Source: the human T2T-CHM13v2.0 reference genome, Homo sapiens
DNA length: 64,000 bases
Reading direction: 5' to 3' (one strand)
Assembly (NCBI RefSeq): GCF_009914755.1
Contig: NC_060932.1
Each line of letters starts with the position of its first letter. Within the stretch, counting starts at the first letter, position 1. This document shows positions 37,142-64,000 of the stretch, in pieces. The notes beneath the pieces are model-generated. The model ran no database searches and was not told the origin of the DNA. It saw nothing but the letters and a program-made list of their open reading frames with translations. The translations under genes were made by a program, and so were the position numbers.

Positions 37142-39012
37142 TTATTATCTCGGTGAATCCCATATAACCTTCCTATCAAAGTGTATCTCATTTATCTCCA
37201 TTTTATAGATGAGAAAACTGAGGCCCCTGGAGTAGTATTAATTTTCCAAGACCGCATTGCTCATAAAGGGTACAGCAGGGACCCAAGCTCGACACTCTCA
37301 CCCTCAAACATTTATACAAGTGTGGACCAATGGCTCTCAACTGGGGTGGTTTTGCTCACGTACCGCTCCCTTGCCCCACATTATTTGAAACCATCTGGAG
37401 ACGTCTGGGGTAGCCATAGCAGGGAGGGTAGAATGGCACCTAGAGGATGGAGACCACAGATGCTGCTAACCATCCTTCAATACACAGGACAGCCCCACCA
37501 CCAGCACCACGAATGGTCTCACCACAAATATTCTGACTGTGCCAAAGCTGAGAAACCCAGGTTTCTCCTCAGCAAGAAGGAAAATCCCTGCAACGTGGAT
37601 GCACCTCTACAGGAGCCCCAGGCTGACAATAACCTTCCTGATCTGGTTTCAACCCTGGATGCTTTTACCTGGTGCGTCCATCAGGGATTTCAGGGACTCC
37701 AGTGAGTTATCACCCTTGAATGCTCGGTTCTGCCTGACAACCCAGAAATCTCTGCCGAGGTGCCTGGTCTTGCGGAAGACTCAGCAAGTGGTTGAGGTGG
37801 ACAACCAAATACCTAGGAGAGACTTTTCTCTCCCTCCAGGAGGAGCTGTGGGTCAGACACACACTGGGATCATTCACAAGCGGTCAATAAAGGCTTGAGG
37901 AGGGGCAGATTTTCTAGGCCTTCTCAATGGGGTGGGTGTTTGTGGATAAACAAGAAGCCTGTGAAACTTCTGATATTGGGAGGAAATCAATGCCCCCCCC
38001 CCACCCTCCCGCACCTCCCCACCATAAACACATGCCCTGCGGCAGGACTTGACACTCAGGGGCTCCTGGGGTCCCGATTAATCTGCTAAAACATCCTCTA
38101 GCCACCACCGAATAAAGCAACCGCTTACCACCCAACCACAAGAGCACAGCCTGGGAGCTACTCCAAGGGACATCCAGTCACATTAAAACCTCAGCCATCC
38201 AGAGCACCAGTCCTGGTGATGAGAAAGAACATTTTATCCTTAAAAGCATCTGAATGCCCATGCTGCTTCTTGCAGAGAAAAGTCCAAAATAATCTGTTAT
38301 TAAAGAACGAGGATGGTTTTGACATTTTTACCAAGCTAGTGGTCTACGCAGACAAAATCTCATAAAAGGGCACTCTGTTCTTCTTGATACACTCAGACAT
38401 GGCCTGTGAGTGAAGAAACGGGCTCTCCTCCTCAAAGAAATCACTGCTGATCCTCGTACCAGCCTGACACTGCTTCATGGGTTCTTCAAAGAGAGTATTC
38501 CCATAGGAACTAAAAGGGAAGAGGAATGTGTCTGGCGGGCATTGTGGGCAGCAGTGGGCTTTGGGCCAAATTTTAAGTTTGAAAATCAAGATTCCCTCTT
38601 TTCAAGGGGCCGCCGGACTGAGCAGATACAGGCACCGTGAAAAGAGCGTGCCATGTTCAGATTCAGGAAACAAGGATGGTTTCTGTTCAGTTCCTCCATC
38701 ATCCTTCAGGTCATGCTATTCCCATTTCCCTCTGTGGACCAAACAATTCAGTGGGGTTTCTGCCTTTTAAACATTTCATTATCAACATATCATCCTTTTA
38801 GCCTCCAGAAAGCATTTTAACATGGAGATTCTGGCTTAAGACTTTTGTGGGTCTGTCTCTCTCTCTTTTCCTTGAAACGGTCTCACTTTGTCACCCAGGC
38901 TGGAGTGCAGTGGCATGATCACAGCTCACTGCAGCCTGACCTTCTAGGCTCTAGCAATCCTCCCACCTCAGCCTCCCAAGTACTTGAGACTGCAGGCACT
39001 CACCACCATAAC

Positions 39013-39044
<32 letters not shown>

Positions 39045-39917
39045 GGTAGATATGAGGCTTCACCATGTTGCCCAGGCTAGTCTTAAACTCCTGGGCTCAA
39101 GCGATCCTCCCCTTTCGGCCTCTCAAAGTGCTGGGATTATTGGCTTCAGCCACCATGCCCAGCCAAGGACCTTGTCTCTTGTGACGTACTCCAGAACAAA
39201 ACATCACTGCAAAAACACATCAGGGCATGAGTTTTAGTCTTAAGTCCCACTTATCCACCATACACTATGTGCCAGGCACAACGCTAAGTGCTTCTATGGA
39301 CGAGCTTCCCTTAATCTCAGCAGCAACAACCCCAGGCAATGGAGCCTGTTGACAGATCCATTTGCCACTGAAGACAGTAAGGCTCAGACAGGGTAAGTGG
39401 CTTGTGCCATGTCAGCCAGCTAAGGAGGGGCAGAACCAGGATGCAAACCCCAGCCGCCTGGCTCCAGAATCGCATTCCCAAGGTCTCACTACACTTGGCC
39501 TCTCCACCGCATTCTGGTATCCTGGTCTTTGGCAGAGTCCACGTAAAAGAGGGAGGTAGAGGGAGTGAGAGGGACTTCATGCAATAAAGTTTCCCGGCGT
39601 TACACTGCCACCATAATTGTGTCCCCGACCAGGACCTCTCCCTTCTCATCCTTTCCGTGATCGGCCCTGGAAAACCTTCCAAAGAACTGTCCTCCTTCTC
39701 CCGGGATCTCAGAGAAAATTCACCTGAGTTCAGTGTCCAGGTGACCCAAGCTCTGAATGCGGTAACGTGGACGGGGAGATGAGGATGTCACCATGAGCAA
39801 GCCTCCCAGACAGCATCCAGGAGCAACCCCAAGACTGGGCGGGGGGGCTCTGATCCTGCCCATGGCGAGGAGGGCTGCCCGTGCTGCCTAAATGGGTTCA
39901 GAATGAAGGCTGCACTC

Positions 39918-40480
39918 CCAACTTCAACCCGGGGACGGCCACGGAGCCTCCCGACGCCCCTTCGTCGCGTCCCCGGCACCCCCGAGCCCCCGGCACTCCC
40001 GGACCCCCGCGCCCGCATCACTTACTCCTTTGCCGTCGCCACCTGTCTGGGTGCCGGTCTCCTTCCTGCCCGGTAGCGGCGGGTCCTCCCCGTCCTCGCA
40101 GTCCTCGGGCTGTGCGCTTCCCCCCTCCAGCTACAGCCCCAGCCTCTTCTCTTCGGGAGGGACGTCCTCCTCCCCCATCCTGGGACTGCCATCCCTGCCT
40201 CGGGGCTTGCCAGTGGCTTCGGAGCTGCTGGAAGGGCTGGCCATGGCTCCGCGGGCTCTGCCTGAACTTGGGGAAGAAGAAGGACCCGGCTCAAGCGGCT
40301 TCTCGGCGGAGCTGGGGCGTCTGAGCACGGGCTCGGTGGGTCCGCGCGGCGCGGAGCTGGGTATCGGGGCCGGCCCGGGCTCCTACGCGGGCCGCGCCTG
40401 GCTCTCTGGCGCCCTCTTCTGGCCGCTCTCGCGCACCTCTGCCACGCCGGGCCCAGGCCTGCACAGCTCTCACATGTCCT
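39918..40480 (-). promoter_or_regulatory. CpG island / probable minus-strand promoter, copy 2
   Basis: Paralog of 33806-34340; donor GGA|GTAAGT at 40025-40020. Confidence 0.78.
40026..40244 (-). pseudogene. Disabled first-exon ORF, copy 2 (ATG retained in GCCATGG context)
   Basis: MASPSSSSEATGKPRGRDGSPRMGEEDVPPEEKRLGL*; 219 nt from ATG to donor; same TAG at codon 38. Confidence 0.5.
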
Positions 40481-43064
40481 GGCCCAGGAGGTGGCTGTCC
40501 CTTGCCCATGGACAGGTCCGCTCTGGCAATGCCCTGCACCACCTCCCCGCCCCAGCCAGGTTGCACCCCGATGGTCTCCCTGCCCAAGGAGGAGAGAAGA
40601 GAAGGGACGCCACGAGAGGGTGGACATCGGCCACAGCCACCTTGTCTTTGCTCTTACCCTGTGTCTTCCATGATTTGGAGGTGGTGGGAAACCCGAGGCT
40701 GCTCAAAACTCGTGGAGAATTCCGCCTGCAGGATGACATGAATGCACCTTCGCATTGCCTACCAACAGATCTTTTTTGAGCATCACTGTGGACCAGTCGT
40801 GGTGATGGGGGAGGGGATATTGTGGTGAACATGACAGGCATTGCCTTCACCAAGAGGGGCTCAGCGCTGGGTGGGAAGGCATTGAGAATGGACATTGTCA
40901 ATTGGGCTAAAGGAGGCCAAGGAGAAGTGCTGGGGGCATGGGAACTGAAAAAGACAGGAGGCTCAGCAGGTCTTTGAGCTGGGAGAGGGACAGCAGCAGC
41001 GGCTTTTCCAAAGGAAGCAACAGCTGAGAGAGGTCTCAGAGAGTTGTTCTCAGCCCAGTGGAGGGTGTTCAGGCAGAAGGAACAGCGTGTGCAAAAGCCC
41101 AGAGGCTGGGAAAGAAGCAGAAAGAGGACTGTGGGGCTGGAGCGTGGTGGGCAACAGGAGAGAGGTGTGGTGGGCAGACAGATTGCCTGGGACCCAGCCG
41201 TGCAGGGGCAGAGGAGATAGAGGATCCTTGCAGGCCCCCAGCCGGGGCTGAGGCACAGAGACAATGCAGGTGGGCAAAGGGAGGAGACGTGGAGAAATAT
41301 TTTGGAGGCATGCCCTGATGAATGAGCCCAGGATGCACCCTTAGTGTCAGTGTGGAGCTCCTTTCTTGGCTGTGTGATAAGCTGAACCCGGGGGTATTTT
41401 CTGGACATCGAAGTGCTACACCCAGAGTCCAGGACAGGCTAAGTGAGCACCAGCAGCTCCTGGCCCACCTCAAAAGCAGGAAAGACAGGGGAGACTGGGG
41501 AGGCCGGGGCGGAAGGGGAAGCCAGGAAGGCAGGAGAGGCCAGGGAACAGAGGAGGTCAGGGAGGCAGGGGAGGCAGGGGAGGCTGGGGCGGCTGTGTCC
41601 TTTCCATGATTCTGCCCTGGATCCTAGGCCCCTGTAGTCCCTGGGCTTCCCCACCCCAAGCACTGTAACCATGTTGCACAACGGTCTCCCCACTAAGCTC
41701 CTGATGGCAGCCCCTATCCTGCTGTGCTCCCTATTTCAACCCTAACAGCTCTCACAGTGGGCAGCACATAGTGGGTGCTCAGGAAACACTGGTGGGAGAG
41801 CACGTGGGTCTGCTCAGCACCTTCCTCTCTCCTCCAGCTCTCCCCTGTCACGAAATAATTCTGATAACGACACATGGACTTTGAGACCCTCTTCTATTAC
41901 TTTCCATATGCTAATCCATCTATACCTCACAGCAGCCCTGGGGGTGGGTGCAATGAGGATGCCCATTTTATAGAGGAGGAGACTGAGGTATAAAGAGGGT
42001 AAGTGACATACGCACAGTACAGGGGCTGGGGTCAAGTGATCAGAGCACTCAATCCCCAAAGGCAAGGTGGATGCAGTTACCATAAAAGACAGCAGAGTCA
42101 AAGCTGCAACCAGAATAGCCTGACTCGCAGAGACCTACGGTGCCGGCTGATCGTGGCTTTCCTAGAACTGAAATAGATAAGAAGCCTGCCACATTTTTAC
42201 TGGATCTGTGTTTGAAGAAGAATTCTAGGTCAGGTGAGCAGAAGTCTAATCTGAATCATAAAAACAGAGTCACAGTCCCCCGTCAATTCCCAGACATAAG
42301 CCAGTTCACAGACCTGGAGTCCCTTGTCTGAATGGGAAGCCAGGTCCCCTCCAGAAAGGACTCTGCTCCACTGCCAAAAATTTATACTGTCAATCTTTCT
42401 CCCAGCCTGTCCCCAAGGGAATACACAGCCTTTACCAGGATGACTGAATAGGAGAAAAAGAACTAATGGGACCTGTGCAAGACCACTGGACACAGGCTCT
42501 GAACTGGCACTAGGGCGAGACTAGGGTCTACCAGTCAGAATAGGCATTTTGGAGGTCAGGTGAATGTTGGTCCAAGTTCATGTCATGGTAGATCCATTGG
42601 GTCCCCAAATCCGTCCTCTGCTTATATACAAAATGGCCATGTTGAGACTTAAATTCAGGGTATCCAACTTAGAGGCTGTGCTCTTACTCATGAAACATTC
42701 TGACACTACTAACCAATTTAAAAATGTAAACACCTCCTGGGGCTAGTGAGAGTCCTCCAAACAGTCATGTAAATTGGTTCTGTCAAGGATTTCCTCCTAC
42801 CCACCCCCCCCACCACTGAGAGTCAGTTGCAAGGAGAGACTAGGGAAAGGCATTGGGTAACTTTGTTGCTAAAAGTTCTTCTGGATAAACAAGAGCCTTA
42901 TCCAGGAAAAAGAAGCAAAATAGAGTTCAGCAGAAGTTGCGAAAAGAAGCACATAGAGTTCAGCAGAAGAGGTAAGAAAGTAAGTTTATGTTTGACCAGG
43001 CACGGTGGCTCACGCCTGCAATCCTAGCACTTTGGGAAGCCAAGGCGGGCAGATCACGAGGTCA

Positions 43065-43403
<339 letters not shown>

Positions 43404-43530
43404 TCACTCCTGGCCGGCTGAGCCACTTTTCAAAACACCCTTGCACGGCTGTGCAGAGAGGCTGGCTCCACTGGCAGCCGGCAGAGCCATAACTCACACT
43501 GTCACCGCTGCCCTCAAACCACTTCGGTAA

Positions 43531-54755
<11,225 letters not shown>

Positions 54756-55337
54756 AAATAGAATTATTGTGTATTTCTAAATAGCAATAAGATTTTAAAT
54801 ATTCCCAACACAAAGAAATGATCAACGTTTGAGGTGATTAATATCCTAAAGACCCTGATTTGATCATTACACATTGCACTCATGTACCAGAATCTCACAT
54901 GGACCCCTTAAATGTGTACAATTATTCTCTATCAAAAACATTTTCCTTTTAAGAAACATGCAGGAATACACTGTACCTCTTCTTTGCTGTCTCTGGATAT
55001 TGTCACACGAGGACTTGACATGCGGATTGTGGCAGCCTCTGTGACCAAGAGCAGAAGACAATAGCAGCATAGAAACCTCAAATGAAAAACCTAACATCTC
55101 AAGCTACTAATTTAGCCAACTTGGCATCAGCTATCTCTGGTCTTAGTACATGAGGTGATAAGCCCCCACTGTTCAAGTTGGGTGGCCATCAATTGCTGCA
55201 GAATAGAAGTTAATGAGGCTTCCTCCTCCTGGATCCCCTGGTAGACCCTGACATGCCCATTTAGTCACAGGCAGAAAGGGAAGCACAGGGTAAGGAGACC
55301 TTGCTGACTGTGCCAGATGCAGATCTTACCTGTCCTG

Positions 55338-55800
55338 TTTAGAACACTCAAAGTTCAATTGGTTAAACAAAAAAAGGAAAAAGACAGTAAGGAGTATAGC
55401 ACTCCCCAGAGGCAACTTAATGTAACACTCTATACTTTAGATTTTCTAGACATACATAGAAATCAGACCACTACTTCTGCAGAACATTTTACTGGTAAAA
55501 AGAATAGGCCACATGAGGGAAAACTGATTTGGTGGAAAGACAACAAAAACAAAACATGGGAAATAGGTAAGGTGATAACATGGGGGAGAGGTTTTGCTTG
55601 TGTTTCACAAGGAGAAAATCAGCTTCCTGTTTGGATACCCACTAGACATTTGAAGTTCTACAATGAACCTATCAGAGATGCAAATGAAAGTGCCTCTGCA
55701 GAGACAGAAAACCCGCCATCGAGCATCATCGACTCGCAGGGTGAACAAAATGGTGATATCAGAAGAACAGATGAAGTTACAATCCACCAAGGAAACGGCA
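55338..55800 (+). mobile_element. HERV-K(HML-2) remnant: integrase C-terminus plus env/rec N-terminus (type 2-like)
   Basis: [11 protein letters not shown]...[54 protein letters not shown]. Env start at 55663, [11 protein letters not shown]...[16 protein letters not shown] (cf. MNPSEMQRKAP...NKMVTSEEQMKLPSTK). Confidence 0.95.
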
Positions 55801-56040
55801 CATGTGGAGAGCCAGGGAGAGGAAGAGAAAGAAAAAGAGACAGAGATCAGAGAGAGACACAGAAAGAGATTGGGGAGAGAAACAGAGTAAAAGAGGGAGA
55901 GAGACCGTAAGAAAGGGAGACAAAGAGATAAAAGGTGCGAGTGAGCAGGTGAGGAGAAAGACTGAAAACTATGAGAAACAGCAACTAAGACACAAAGGAG
56001 GTGGGAGACTGCCTTGGCGCCGCAGCACCCACACCGTCCT

Positions 56041-56225
56041 CTTGCCCCCGTCACTTGGGTTAAAACCACCGGAAATTCCACTATTGCAAATTTTGTATTA
56101 ATCCTTGTATTTCTGTCCTTTCTATTGTTAGTCTACAGGTGTATCCAGCAGCTCCAGAGAGACAGCGACCAGCGAGAAGGGGCCATGATGATGGTGGTGG
56201 TTTTGTCAAAACGAAAAGGGGGATA
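56041..56225 (+). mobile_element. HERV-K env TM C-terminus, rec exon-2 region and polypurine tract
   Basis: [59 protein letters not shown]. Acceptor TTGTTAG| is followed by [18 protein letters not shown] (cf. Rec SAGVPNSSEETATIENGP). PPT AAAACGAAAAGGGGGA. Confidence 0.93.
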
Positions 56226-57238
56226 TGTAGGGTAAAGAAAGAGAGATCAGACTGTTACTGTGTCTACATAGAAAGGGAAGACTTAAGAGACTCCATTTTG
56301 AGAAAGACCTGTACTTTAAACAATTGCTTTGCTGAGATGTTGTTAATCTGTAGCTTTGCCCCAACCACTTTGACCCAATCTGGAGCTCACAAAAACATGT
56401 TGTATGAAATCAAGGTTTAAGGCATGTAGGGCTGTGCAGGACGTGCCTTGTTAACCAAATGTTGGCAAGCAGTATACTTGGTAAAAGTCATCACCATTCT
56501 CTCGTCTCAATAAACCAGGGGCACAGTGCACTGTGGAAAGCCGCAGGGACCTCTGCCCTTGAAAGCTGGGTATTGTCCATGGTTTCTCCCCATGTGATAG
56601 TCCGAAATCTGGCCTCATGGGATGAGAAAGACCTGACGGTCACCCAGCCCGACACCCATAAAATGTCTGTGCTGAGGTGGATTAGTCAAAGAGGAAAGCC
56701 TCTTGCAGTTGAGATAGAGGAAGGCCACTGTCTCCTGCCTGCCCCCTGGGAACTGAATGTCTCGGTATAAAACACGATTGTACATTTGTTCAATTCTGAG
56801 GTGGGAGAAAAACCGCCCTATGGTGGGAGGCGAGACATGTTTACAGCAATGCTGCCTTGTTATCCTTTACTCCACTGAGATGTCTGGGTGGAGAGAAACA
56901 TAAATCTGGCTTACATGCACGTCCAGTCATAGTACCTTCCCTTGAACTTCATTATGACATAGATTCTATTGCTCACATGTTTGTTGCTGACCTTCTCCTT
57001 ATTATCACCCTGCCCTCCTACTACATTCCTTTTTGCTGAAATAATGAAGATAATAATCAATAAAAACTGAGGGAACTCAGAGAACGGTGCCCGTACAGGT
57101 CCTTGGTATGTTAAGCGCCGGTCCCCTGGGCCCACTGTTGTTTCTCTATACTTTGTCTCTGAGTCTGATTTGTTTTCTGTCTCTCATCCCACCCGACAAG
57201 AAATACCCACAGGTGTGGAGGGGCAGGCCACCCCTTCA
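56226..57238 (+). mobile_element. HERV-K(HML-2) 3' LTR, LTR5A/LTR5B-type, ~1013 bp
   Basis: TGTAGGGTAAAGAAAGAGAGATCAGACTG...GGGGCAGGCCACCCCTTCA with AATAAA at ~57059. It is followed by an Alu remnant (GATTACAGGCATGAATAACCCAACCTGGCC), suggesting integration into an Alu. Confidence 0.95.
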
Positions 57239-57513
57239 TTATGAGATTACAGGCATGAATAACCCAACCTGGCCACCAAACTCACTCTTGAGAGGCCAGA
57301 AGTGATGCTGGAACTTTCTTCCTCTGTGGGTTAAAAAGGGAAAATTAGGGAGAACAGAAGGCATGAGAGATACAGCGATGGATATGTCTATATGGAGCTT
57401 CTGTCTGCATCCAGTAGAAAATGCATCTCTAGGCACCAGGTTTAAGAGTGAAAACCTAGAGTCTTGTCTGTTAGCATTCTCCTTCCCCACAAACCAGAGA
57501 GGGAATACATTTG

Positions 57514-64000
<6,487 letters not shown>

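Overview
Primate (human-like) genomic DNA, dense in repeats, with no intact protein-coding gene that I can support. It looks like a segmental-duplication mosaic. The mix of RPS3A and RPS24 retrocopies, a mir-548i-type hairpin, an LTR5A/B-type HERV-K remnant and a CpG-island exon matches what I recall of the FAM86/ALG1L/OR7E duplicon family (e.g. 8p23.1, 4p16, 3q21); that placement is unverified. Main structure: (1) positions 1-6501 recur at 57514-64000, about 57.5 kb apart and a few percent diverged. (2) An internal ~7 kb tandem duplication (about 29826-36808 vs 36809-43300) has a visibly chimeric Alu at its junction and a near-identical patch suggesting gene conversion. (3) Each tandem unit carries a minus-strand CpG-island first exon (219 nt from start codon to a GTAAGT donor, with a shared in-frame TAG) that resembles the most distal RBFOX1 exon as I recall it. 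(4) A MADE1-derived hairpin contains the miR-548i mature sequence. (5) A 5'-truncated HERV-K(HML-2) has most of env replaced by a ~240 bp purine-rich insert of unknown origin. (6) A 17-bp minisatellite arose inside an Alu. (7) An old L1 is interrupted by a full THE1, Alus, another L1 and an 89-bp copy of local sequence. Repeat boundaries were read by eye and are approximate. I see no evidence of a wholly new gene system; the best leads are items 3, 4 and 5.
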